Under the pieces are notes generated by a model, which did not search any database, was not told where the DNA came from, and was given only the letters and a program-made list of their open reading frames with translations. The position numbers were made by a program, and so were the translations under genes. A stretch of 64,000 bases of DNA from Catajapyx aquilonaris (Eukaryota). Positions 1 to 31,200 of this stretch are shown one piece after another. The stretch covers positions 1 through 64,000 of the forward strand of contig KZ538399.1 in assembly GCA_000934665.2 (NCBI GenBank), given 5' to 3'. How positions within the stretch are numbered: position 1 is the stretch's first letter; each line of letters begins with the position of its first letter.

Positions 1-1289
1 GAGGGTAAAGACACCCCCCCTCGCCCCAGTTTAAGACCGGCGTATCGATTCGTTTATAGCCGCAATTTGCGTGTCGATGCCCCCTCCTCCCACCCTACAT
101 TTTTAACCCCCCCTCTTCCCCTCTCTGCTTCCCCGCCATGCTCGTAATACCCAAAAACCGAAAAGTACATGGATTATGCATATTTTAACCCATTGATGCT
201 AGGATAGATCCATACAAAATAAACGGACGATCCTGGTAGTTACGTCGATACCGGGTATGACCAGCAATCAAAATCTGACCCTGTATTTTTGCATGCAAAA
301 ATTGTGACGCCACATTTTTTTCTTTTACATATTTGACGGATCATGCGTTTATGAACACCTTTCGGGTACTCCCCCGGCGGCGTTACGTTGGGAATACAGC
401 TGTTACTTTGTTACATTCACAGTGTGGAAGGTCAGACTCGATTCTTTACACGGCATGCGCTCATAAAAAAGTAGGTATGCGGTACAGATATCTGGGTCGA
501 TTTATGGGGCGCCGTAGTAAAGCCCTATGAATCAGTGGCTCGGTGCAATGACATAGGTGGTCACATATCATTATTAAGAAGGGTTTCTTGCGTAAAAAAG
601 CTGGGTGACCTTATCACGTTTAACAGCTCATAATTCCATGAGTTGCAACAGTTACTTTTTTATGCATCTGAGCATCACTCGGGGGGAAATACCACGTCTG
701 GAATCTTGCATTTTAGTTATATAAGTGGTACTATTTAGTTGTGGAAAATATGCCGGTTTTTGTGAAACACCTGACGTGAATGAATTATTGTAGTGGAAAC
801 ACGCCGGCTTCAACTCATAAGTGTTAGAAAGAGTAAGCAATTAGCCTAAGCACCTGTTTAGATATTGCGGCCAGCAGGCGGTACAGGTATTTAATTCTGA
901 TAATCCGATAGCAGTCGCGCTACAGAAGTTACGCTCTCTGGAGTTTCTGTTTGTTACAGGCGCGTAGTAGCGTAGAAGTTACTAGCAAAGTTTTACTTAA
1001 AAAAGTGAGTTACGTACAGTGCACCGGCCCAGTTTCTCAACACCCTCAACGTGCACCAGAGTTGCATACACAGTATAATTGACGCAGAAATTGCAGCCAT
1101 CGCTCAGAGATATTATGTGCCAACATTAAAAATTAACATGCTGTAATGGGAGAATCGTAAGTACTCATTTTATGGAGGAAACAATTACGGCCTGCGAAAT
1201 CGGTCCATTTGCTCCGAATAATTTAAAAAAAGAAACGTACAATTACTGTCCAATTAAAGGCTGTCAATAAATATTCATGAGGCGAACCA

Positions 1290-1499
1290 AGTGACGTAAA
1301 TCCATCTGCTGCCTTGACAGGTTGGTAAACCCCGGTGTGCGTTGTCCCTTTGTAAACGCGATGGCTCATCACCCACGTCACCAGCTGGCTGACAAGAAAA
1401 CAGCCGGGTTATTTAAAGGTGACGAACGGGCAGCCGGCTGGAAAAATGACCCCAAAAATACACAGAAACAGGCAAAAGTAGGGGGAACACACACCTTAC
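1290..1499 (+). promoter_or_regulatory. Putative SIK promoter (CRE-like sites plus TATA-like box) and non-coding first exon
   Basis: TGACGTAA at 1292, CACGTCA near 1374, TATTTAAA at 1410-1417; donor GTAAGC at 1500 and acceptor GGCAG ending at 1583 define a short 5'UTR intron. Confidence 0.5.
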
Positions 1500-1592
1500 G
1501 TAAGCCATACTTGGCGCAGGTTGATTGTGCAGGGCGTGGTCTTTTTTTTGTCTTGGGGTACTGTACCGTATGATTGACGGCAGGTGTGGTGG

Positions 1593-1691
1593 ATGGCCCA
1601 GCAGCAGCAGGCGGCGGAGGAGGGGGAGGAAGAAGAAGAGGAAGAGGAGGAGGTGGCGGAAGAAGCAGAAGAGGGGTCTGTGTGGCGGTGA
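1593..1691 (+). other. Upstream ORF (32 aa, acidic) in frame with the SIK start
   Basis: ATG 1593 reads MAQQQQAAEEGEEEEEEEEEVAEEAEEGSVWR, then TGA (1689-1691), GAA, and the main ATG (1695). Confidence 0.6.
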
Positions 1692-20048
<18,357 letters not shown>

Positions 20049-22175
20049 CCCACGGGGTCACCGGAGGTCTCCCGACCCCACATCCAGCAACACTACCCGC
20101 CACCTAACCACTGATCTACACTCTTTATCTGCAGATCTGCAACAATGTCATACCAGACCCATCCCTTTCCCTTTGACAAAACATTTTTTGAGGACTTTGC
20201 TCAGCACTCAGGTTGGCCTGCATTTAGTTATATTTTCTTTTATGTTGAGCTTTATTTTTAAAAATGTCTCCCCTTAACCCATATATTTCTGCGCAACTTG
20301 TGCAGTGTTTCCAAGGGCTAATCACATTTACCTTCTTTGAAATCCCAGGAATCTAATTATCATGGGTTTTTATCATAAAAATCCACATATCAGTAAGGCT
20401 GGAGGGTGAGTCTTGTTTTCAGTAACTAAATTATTTAATCTTCTGCAAACCTGAACCTTCCCAGTATGAGCAGGATGCCAACAGTTTTCCCACGACCCAA
20501 AAAGATGGGCTAAGTCTTGCCCTCGACTCCTTTTCTCCCAGAAACCCACTTAGATTTTTTTTTCTTTTTTACAAACTGTCCTTTCCCCATAACACTTGGA
20601 ATGTACCAAATGCCGAAAATAGAAGGGTCACCATTTTTTTTTTTTTAAAGTCGCGTCCACTCGTACAGGAGAAATAGGTAGGCACCAAATTTGGTTCTTG
20701 AATTTTCATGTGCAATTTTTTTATTAGAGATGTAGCGAGACTTAGTGATATGCAAAACAAGGAAAATATGTGAAGAACGTTAATGTCATGCAAAAAATGA
20801 AATCAGTCATGGTAGTTGAATTTTTTGTAAAAATAGGTAGGTCAGACGCTGACTTAGCACCAGTACAAAGAGAAATTCTTCGAAAAGAGTAGAACATGTC
20901 AGTTGTATGAATTGAGTGTTTTCATGTCCCAGAAGGACCCAAACTGTCTGTAAAATCAAATGCGAAAAAATCGTGCTGGACACGTTTTGTTGCAAATACA
21001 GACAGCTTTGCAAATTTTGAGGACAATATTTGTACTGGTGTATTGTGGAAGGTATACCACTTTTTGAGTAACTTCAATAGTCAGCAAACATAATGTGAGG
21101 ATAAACTGATAGAAATGCTCAACTGAAGAAAAAAAAAATGGATGTCACTTTCAAGACCCTTTTTCAAAATCCTTTGGTTACTTTTTTTGGGACATGGAGT
21201 GAAACATAGACCTACATAAAATACATGCGGAAAAACATGACACACTTGTATTACACATGTTTTACATTGTAACTACACTATTTCATGGACAGAACAGGGT
21301 TATACAAAAGAAAACAGGAAGTGCCAGGTTTCATAAAATGGAAGTGAAAATATGGGGTGGGGGGCAAAATGTCTGGCATTTTTGGTGGGAAAAAAAGCAA
21401 CTTTCCCTCCCCCACAGCAATAATAATGCTGGGCACAGTCATGATTCTGGTCATTGGTCAGTTTTACTCAAGTCATGAAATATTTTTTTTGAAACTTGTC
21501 CCAAGAAACATGGACTTCGGGATAAGTGCTATAGTGTGGACTTTTTCTTTTACAAGGTAACATTATTGCTACTACATACTTGCTTTTATTTAATCTGCTT
21601 TATAAGAATAGTGATGTGAATATTGTATAGTCTTTGTTGAGTTGTGAGAGTCCGAAACATTTTTAATCGTGTGAGTCAGTGTACGCAGTCAAATGTCGAA
21701 AATCTCCTGTACAGAGATAGTAATTTTGAAGTGTGGGCCATTGTCGCAACATATGTTATTAAGCTGTCCCATATTTAAAGTAATCTGGAAGGTAATTACA
21801 GAAGTGGCCCACACAAATTTAAAAATCAAGCACGGTGTATATAGATTCTAGAACTATATTTGATAGCTATTGTTATGTGTAGTGTGAATGTGATTGTCAA
21901 GTTGTAACAATGTGATAATTATTATTGTTATTATTACCCCTACTCCCCATCCTTATTATAATATTAAAGACACATTGTCTTGAGTGTCCTATGCACTGTT
22001 TTTTTAGTGCTCTGACACGTCCAAAGGGAAAAAAAGGATGCCATTTTTTTGTTCTGTTGTCATTGAGGAATGGATATTATGATAGTCAATTAAAAAAAGC
22101 TGGTCATTAACGATGCTCAGAGTACACAAAAAATTGTATATTTTATTATTACAACTTATTACATAGATTTTCTTC

Positions 22176-24315
22176 CTACTCGGAGAATATGTCACTTCCA
22201 GTCTTCCTGGCCTGCAGCACTGCCTCCTCTGGCGCCAGCTTCTCATCTGGGCTTGGATCAACTGGATTACCATCCTGGTCTAGCTTGCCTTCCTTGAAAT
22301 CATTGGCAATTTTTTCACTATACACGGCATCAAAGAGATCCCTAGCTGTAAATTCTGATTGGGTGACATCTGGTGCTCGATAAGATACATATGGCTTCAG
22401 CTGCAACGGGAAGGAAGCAAATAGGGTCAAATTTTTGGCTGCAAGTACCGTAACTGTTAAATCTGTGTACAGAGCTGTAATAAAAATATGTAGAGTGAAA
22501 CCTGTATATAACAGAATTGCTCAATTCCACAAATATTTTCCACAATAGACAAGTTTCCACTATCTCCAACAACACAAAAGTAGGGCAATTAAGGTGCATT
22601 ACCATGTGTCCGAATTGGTGCTCCAAGGCTATAACTTAACCTTAACAACTCAGAATTTATTGAGTGCAGCACCATTTTTTCATCTGCACAATGTACATGC
22701 CCACTTTTCGTAAAACAGGCTTAAAACTGCTATTAATGCTGCATTAATTCCACTACACACAAAAGACTGAAAGACCCAAAAATGCTGTATGTTACTATAC
22801 TAAACAGGTTCGGCTATATCCAGGATCCACTACAAAAGGTGAGATTGTTCAGTTCTGGGAAAATGTTCATTACTGAACAGTGTTCCTTTATGTGAAAATG
22901 TTCCTTTATAATTATTTGTATGAAACAAATACACTGATAATCCTCCTGTGTGACAAAATATATATCCTATAATAGAATATTTCTGCTGTATCCAAGGTCT
23001 GTTATAGACAGGTTTCACTGTAACATGGGGTAATGGAACCCATTTATTAGAGTGTAGTCTACTAATTACTACTAATAGTATCATGTGGGGAGCAGAGACT
23101 TTCAAGATAGAGCAGGTATGTCTAAATGCACATAAAACCACTTTCCATGATGGGTCTTGCAAAATCTCACCAGCAGTGGGACACACGCACACAAAAATTC
23201 TTGGATATGACATGAAAAAAATAGTTGAAGATGCCATTCCTGTGTCCAAATTGGGCATTTTTATAGAAATGAATTTTCAAATAATAATATTACCATAATT
23301 TTATGATGCATTTCTCTTATATGATCATTACAGAACATACAGGAATGCAAGGACTGAAGCAAATTTTTTAAAGTATTAGTGAAACATCAATTCATTGCTT
23401 TTGCTGGGACCCTTGGAAAAAAAAACAACTGACGAATAGGGAAAGCAATAATGGCAGGAGCCTATATTATAAAGGATTTGTGCCCGGACTATAAGAATTG
23501 AAACGTGGATCCAGGAGAGCAATACATCTAGGAATGATAGATGTCGGTTTAGAGATCATTATGGTTTTGGAAGACATGCCCTTTTGCTACGATGCCTTGT
23601 TATCAGTACAGTACATGCTTCAGTCTAAACAGCTGATATGTGAAATTATGACTGGAATATGTGCAAATGATTAACACCACAACAACATGAAGTCTAAAAT
23701 GACCTGTTAGCTCCGATGCTACTCTATTTCTGCTTGCAAATCTGTGAAAATGGCTGGGACACAACACAACTCAAGCTTGCTGAAAGGAGTCACTGATACA
23801 GAGGCAAGCACAATGGACCTCAGCCAGAGTCGTTACAGATTGAACATGTATTGTACACCAACTTGTCTTCACATTCTTTCCCCCCCTTCCACAACAGCCT
23901 CCTCCACTCAACTCAAATCATGCACGTACCTGACACCCTGCTAGTTCAGGCACAACAATCTTGGGAACCATCTCCGGGATAACATGAAAGCGCCGACCAT
24001 CCATGTACCCAACAGGTCGCACTCCCCTCGCTGTTGGAAGGAACAAGTGATGCTTTCAGTATTAACGTGGTCAGTACTAAACCAATAATCTGCGAATCAC
24101 TCACTGTAAAAAGGCACGTCAGGATGTGGATTGATTGCCTGTTGCCGTCTGAACTCCACCGTCCCTCTCTTGTTGTACAGAGGGAACTTTCGGAAATTGC
24201 GCTTTCCCTCCAGGCACGGGGTAGTGCTGAAGCGCCTCATGCACGCTATTTGCCTCGGTAAAACACAACAAAACTCCGCAAAACGTGCCATGTTACACGC
24301 CATTTTGCCCACCAT
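22176..24315 (-). CDS. MRPL41: Mitochondrial large ribosomal subunit protein mL41, 3 exons, ~178 aa
   Basis: Exons 24315-24105, 24030-23930, 22400-22176. Motifs GKRNFRKF..YNKRG, GVRPVG...FHVIPEMVPKIVVPEL, LKPYVSY, ARKTGSDIF. AATAAA on the minus strand ~30 nt after the stop. Exact start Met is uncertain. Confidence 0.93.
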
Positions 24316-24379
24316 ATTGGGTCTACGGAGGATGCCATATTGGAACTCAAAGTCGGTTCTGTCCGAATAAATTTCAAAC

Positions 24380-24888
24380 AATTTACTTGTTACAGCTACA
24401 ACTTAATTTTATTCTCATGTTAATATTTAACCATGCTTATCATCTGTATTTTAAGATTATTAAACTACGTAGAGCTCATCGTGGACACGATCGTGGAGCT
24501 GATTCGCAAATTCGGTTGCGCCCATGCTAGTCTGTTTTTTAAAAACCGATTCAAACATTTCTTTGCGTGAGGTAAACGTGCCCTTTTTTGTTTTTAGTTT
24601 TCACTAATTTCTCAACCCCACATAGCATCACTATGCTGAGCAAATATTTGATGTTATTTACCTTTTTTTTTTGCCCATTCTTTTTCCCCTGCAATCCCCG
24701 CCCGCCCGCCACCCGCAACTAGACTTCGATCCAACATGGCGGTCTTTATCAGTCAATTGGTCGACCGACCTCTGGCTGAATACCCATTGATTTAATCGGT
24801 AGACCCCTGAACTTGACACTTCCCTCGCTGGCTGGGAAACGATCAGAGGACCGTGGACCACTATTCGTCTTATTGGCAACATCTACAG
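24380..24888. promoter_or_regulatory. Putative bidirectional promoter for mL41 and lipase, with a candidate non-coding lipase exon
   Basis: Local CpG-rich patch; GC boxes CCGCCCGCCC near 24700; YY1-like CAACATGGCGG 24732-24742; donor CAG|GTAGGC at 24888/24889; acceptor just upstream of the lipase ATG (TTGCAG|GAAGATG). Confidence 0.5.
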
Positions 24889-27800
24889 GTAGGCCGGTGG
24901 TGGCACAAGTGGAAATAAACATATATTTATTGCTTGTTCTGTCAGATTTGTGACAGTTACTTGGACAATTTTATTTTTGCTGCTGTATGGATTGATGGCA
25001 TGTGTTTGGAATGATATTGGTTGACAATTAGGTTTTTCAAATTTTGGCAAGTGGCTGAAGGTTGAGTTGTTGCTGTCATGACACGAAATGCAGCATTCTA
25101 GGAATAAAGAATAGTTGGTGAATAATAGAAAGAAAAAGGAAACTAATATCGTTTATATTTAAGCAGCTTACTGGACTAGTATGGCTAATCCCAAATTATA
25201 AGGAGTCGTGTGCCATTGCTTAAAAATTATTTGAATGGCCGCTGACCGATATGTTGCCTTTGACAGAATCCTTTTTACTCATGGCATTATTTAGTGATTT
25301 TATTGCTATTAATATAATTTCAAGTTGATAGATAAGGGAGAAGTCTGAGAAAAACTACAGGGACTACAAGCAGAGAGGAAATTATCAAAACTCTTCCCAC
25401 AGGAGAAAACCCTTCTCCCGAACTCATGACCTGTAAAGTGAAAGGCAGTGAATATTCTCCAATAAATTTTTAATACCTTAGTGAACTTCACAATTTGAAA
25501 TTTAACATGTGCGACAGAAAATATATCTGGTAATACCATAAAGTTAAAATTCACAGGTTATTGGAGTTCAAATGCATGAGCAAAATGAGATTATCATGGT
25601 GACCCAATTTTATGCATCCGGCTGTGAATGTCCGGGTAGCAGCTTGGCATTTGGACAGTGTGCTGTCATCATATCATGATAAGATTTTGTTTACATGACG
25701 TATCGGGGAGTACGCAACGAATTGCACGCACGTTTTTGACCCCAGGGCCATTGCTTATCTCGGAAATGAAGGGATAGCAGTACCCATTGTCCAGTTTGCC
25801 TCAAAGTATCATCTGCTCTCAAACAATAGAAAGTGTGTGTTGCAGTGCCAAACAACAGCATGAGTTTGCTTTTACCACAACTTGTGTCAACAACCGCTCT
25901 TATGGAGCTGGGTAGTATCAGGTGAAGAAAGAAAAACAAGTTCTGCCCATCTGTTATAGGCACATGGAGTACAGAAGCATGAAAACAAATTCCCTGTGTT
26001 TCATAATTGCTCTCACATCTGTATCAGTCAGTACACCTATGGAAATCATATTTAATGGGCTTTCCAATTGTGTGCATGATATCATATTAAATGTGAAGAT
26101 AGGTTTACAGTGTGAGAGTCACTACAAAATTTCCACTGATATGGCTGTGACTTCAATTCTGAAGCACATGGTATTGGCTTGTTACAGGAGGAGATTCCTA
26201 CCAATGCTAGCATAGTAAAATGTAACATAGAAGAGTGGGGGCCTAATGAAATTGATCAAATTAAATGCAGATATTTTTGATTGGTGGGGGGTTTTTATGA
26301 TGCAAAAGTAACAATGGATAAGTAGTGCGCAATGTTTAGTTTTCCACAAGTTCCCTTCATTATTCTGGTTGCCACATACCTGCATTCAAATTGTGTATAG
26401 TATACAAAAGGCATGACTACTTTCCATGAAAATTTTTGTTAAGCAGTTAAATAACAGGCATGCCACATATGCCACTGTGTTACAATTGAATTGTCCGTAG
26501 TAGTTAGCAATTTTATTCACACTCAGGTTCTCCTCTTTTAAGCGGTTACTTTCAAATAGGTACTTTTGCAGCCTGCCATCGTCTAATATTGGGTTGATGG
26601 GTCCATCCTTTTAAACTAATGCAGGAGGGTCTAAGCTTTAAAAAGGGGGCCAATTATTGAAATCATATCAGGTCAGCATGAGCCACTCACAATATTATAG
26701 GCTAGGAAATCCAGGATAATTCAGGGCCTGAATGCATGCATCCATTCTACGTAACACTAGCAGCTAACTGATAAGTGATAACTGTTTGAAAGTAATTGCT
26801 TAATTAGTAGCTTAGTGCCTTAAAATTTCTGACCTATACTGACATTTCAATTGGAACACACTGTGTATGGAGCACATAAATACAAGTTAGTTTTATATTA
26901 CTTTGTAAGTGCTAACTGTAGATGTGTCAGTGAACTAAAGTTAATAAAATCGGCCTTCACACTGGTACTATATCACTTCACATGTAACACCATGCCAGTG
27001 ACTCTTGGGGTATATGCCTACATGTCTGCTTGTCAACCTCATTACAACCTGTCATGACACAAAATATTTCATAATGCCACAATAGTACAGTATATTATCA
27101 AAATCTGAAATTGATTTCTGATGTAAATAAAATCGTAATTTAACTAGATTCCTGTTCAAAAGGCAATTAGTTATTCATTTCTTACCCATGAAGTTCGATA
27201 AATTATCAGTTTCTCTTGCTCAGTAGTGACCTATATTCTGTGTTAGTCACAAGATTAAGTTGGTGAGTCATGAGAGGGGGCTATGACTGGGTCACTCTAT
27301 TGAGTACCAAGTCTTAAGGTGTATTCAGTGCTGGAAAGGTGGCTTGTGTGTGCAGTCTAGCCATACCAAAAGTTAGATGATGTTTATTATTTAATAAGCA
27401 CAACTAAAAATTGTGTAATATAATTCTTGGTGTTAGTTTGTCACTTCCGGATTTAATTTATTAACATATACCAGTCAGTGCAAAATTGACATTTTGAATG
27501 CCGTGCATAGTAGAAGTCCTGCACTTCACTACTGAGCTAAGGAGAATGTAACCATTCAAAAGGTACAGGATATTGAGAAGTTCTGGATTCATGCATTTGG
27601 AATTCATTGTGTAAATGGAACTTAAAGTAATATTAGTTTAGGAACCACACAACCTTGCAAAAGTGGAGAATTATTGATAAAGATTATTAATCTAACAAAT
27701 GGTAAATTGACAGACCAGAGAGTTTTTCTTGTCTACTTTTCCTTTCATATGAGAGTCATGAACTTCCAGATGATAAGCAGCGTACAATAACATCAATTTT

Positions 27801-28246
27801 TTGAATGTCACAAAAATGTCACTACATGTTGTTCATCCTCGTGACTAAGCTTTGATTGCAAAATATCAAAGCTGTTGCCCTTGACCCCTTTAGTGATGTG
27901 AATGCACTAGGTGCAGTTCAAGCTGAGGCCAATGGCCTACTGCTGTCTGCCAATCTGGAGGCCCCAATGACGCTTTCACTTTACATGTGTTAATCATCTT
28001 GTTTATGGGGAAGTGGTAAGGGTATATCCTCTTGCACTTACACATTAGTTCTCATGCATTGAATTCGCCCCATAGGTAAGAAGAAGCAGGTTGAATAAGG
28101 AAGAAATCTGCAAACATACATGATATATGATATAAAAATTTGACCTTTTGTTGGGCCCAACAGATAAGGAGCATGTGATACTGCCCACAAAATTTTGCTG
28201 GGCAATAATATAGCCTAATTAGGATATTAATTTCTCTTGCAGGAAG

Positions 28247-31200
28247 ATGCCAGACATTCTGTATCGCGAGTCCCCCCCAGCAGAGGACTCGATACCATCT
28301 CCTCTGACTATGTCAATGGACCTCCCTGAGAGTGATGGAGATTCCTCCCCGTCCTCACCAATCTACTCCATGTATCATGTCCTTCGAGAGTTGTGTGCCA
28401 ACAATGCTGAGCACTTCCGAACAGATGACTCTGAATCAGGGCAGCGCCTATATGGAGGTTGTGTAGCTGTTGTGGACCACCTGGAGGTGGTTCTGAACCA
28501 GGTAGACAGAGTGAGGAAGATTGCTCCAACCTACGATCTGGATTCAGCCACCCCTGGGAATGGGTATAGGAGTTTCGTTTCTGTGGTAGACTCATTTGTA
28601 CTGCACTGCGTTAAGTTGTGCAGGCAGATCTGTCTCTCCAGGGACTCCTTCATCTTCAGGAAGGGACACTATGTTAGGTGGGTTGTTAATAAGTTACATA
28701 TGGGGGGGGGATCCTGCTTGGCTGGGTCAAATAATCTGGAACTTGAGCGTTTGTAGTGTACTGTAAGGATAATTTAATAGCACTACAATGCTGCAGGATA
28801 ACTTTTGGCCCTTGCCCATGTTAATCCTCTGCCATAACAAAGGAAATTTGAAATGTGCATTATGAACTCCTGTCTCAGTTGTAGACACTGTTTTTGCATT
28901 CCTCTTGCAGTATGCAAGTAAGTTTTTTTTCTTGTAGGGAGATCGAATCTTGTGCACAGTTGATGGCATCTCTGGGCACGTGTTTGCAGCACCTTCAAAC
29001 CTTATGGGAGGCCTCAAAAGGTGGGAGTCTCTTTCCAACAGAGCCCATCTCTGCAGAGGAGCTCCTTCTGAAGGCGGAGAACATCAACCAATACTGCTTC
29101 TATGGGCGCTGCCTGGGCTTCCAGTTCTGCGAGTCAATGCAGAAAATACTGAAGTTCCTGGCCATAGCCATGGCCTCTTTTAGTGAGATCTACTACTCCA
29201 CAGGGGGAATATGGAGTCGTGCTAAGGCCTCACTCTTTACAGGTAAAAGTTGTAGTTAGTAGTAAATAGTACTTAACTGGCAAATAAATATTGGTTCAAG
29301 ATTTGACGCAGGTAACCTATTTGCAGGGAGCAGATATGTTTTGGATCCTGAGCTGAGGGCACGTCGCATAGTGAACATTTCTCAGTATGGCTCAGTTGAC
29401 TTTTGTAAGTCATTCTGGCTGCTCCAGGAGACAGAACTGATGCAGCAGCTACCAGGATGGGTCTGCCCTTCTGTTAATGTCAACAAGGTCATAGCCATTC
29501 CCACAGAGGCACTTCACTTAACCCCAAGTGGTACCACTGCATTACCAGGAGACGAGGAAACTGTGACAGTTCCACCACCTCAGTCACACATTGGGACAGC
29601 ACCAGTCCACGTCCGCCTGATATCTGCACATAGACGGGAAGGAATGGTCAGTGTAGTCAAAGTTCTGCCTGGAAGAATATTTATTGTAATATGTTGCAGT
29701 GAAAGGCTGCACCATCATGTTATCCATATTTAGGCTGCCAATGCCTCAGTGAAAGTACCACCCATAATGCTAAGAACAGAATTCTCATGTCAATGACTCA
29801 CTTTTCAGATTGGTGGTTCAGATGTAACAGACAACAACTCAGTGCTTCCTCCGAGCAACTGTCTAGTCATTCACTGCCATGGAGGTGGATTTGTGGCGCA
29901 GAGTTCCAAGTCTCACGAGGTGTACCTGCGGGACTGGGCTACCCAGTTGGACTGCCCCTTGCTCTCTGTGGATTATTCCCTGGCCCCAGAAGCCCCATAC
30001 CCAAGAGCCCTTGAGGAAGTTCTCTATGCCTACTGCTGGGCCTTGGCCAACTGCCGTCTGCTGGGTTCCACTGCGGAGAGGGTGGTGGTGGTAGGGGACT
30101 CAGCTGGAGCCACCTTGCTCATGGGTGCAGTCATGAGGTGTGTGGAGATGGGTGTCAGGAAGCCAGATGGGATGATGCTGGCCTACATGCCAGTGCTGGT
30201 GCAGTTTGTACCCAGTCCTTCCCGGCTACTCTGCCTCATGGATCCATTGCTGCCCTTTGGATTTATGATGAAATGTCTTGAAGGTGAGATCTTCACCCAT
30301 CCAGACTGACTTCCTTGCAAGTTGAGATTTGTGCAAATGTTTTAAAAGGGGCACTGCATTTGATGTACAATGTCTTTAAAAATCTGGAAAAATACATGAT
30401 TCCAAGCATGCTATCCATTTTTATAGGGACGGAAAAGGGACCCCATGGTGAGAGGGCAGTGTTGGGAAAATTTTATTTCCTGCTGATGGTTACGGGGTGG
30501 TGGGACAGCCACTGACACCACTGGTTGAGGCAAAACCTCATATTCCAGAGGGCTTTTGAATGTGTTTGCATGTGGTGTGTATGATGCTTCATTGTGTGAT
30601 TTCCTGTTGAAATGAGCATGGGTGGTGTTGCCAGGTACTTCTAGCTCCTGTGACATCAGCCATGCTGCTTTGTCCAGATCATCATACACTAAAGCATAAT
30701 TCACACCACATGAAAGCACATTCAAAAGTCCTCTGTAATATGAGGTTTTGTCAATAATGCCTGTGGCTACCCCTTCACCCAACAGCTAGAAGCAGGAGAC
30801 AACCAATTTTCCCAACTTTGGTATTTTGCCATGGGGTTAGTTTTCAGTTCCCAGAAAAACACATGACATCCTTGGATTAAAGATTTTTTGCCAATTTTTG
30901 AGAGACCAACTTGAAAATTGAGTGCAGTGTCCCTGCTGTTTTACTCTGTGGATGGATTTTAGACACTCTCCTGGATGTAAAATACATGGTCATCGAAAAA
31001 GAATGTCCCAATTTTAAAGCCCTATAACTCGGAAACTTGTAGACATATCTAAATGATTTAAGTTTTGAAATACTAAGAAATGTCTAAAGTTTTGGTCTCA
31101 CCTTAGTTTGTTTTGATATGAGCTTCATTTGTTGCTCGGCAAATAAAAAATACGGTATTCGGTCTCGAGCCAAACCCGCTCAAGCATGTCTGAAGTTACC

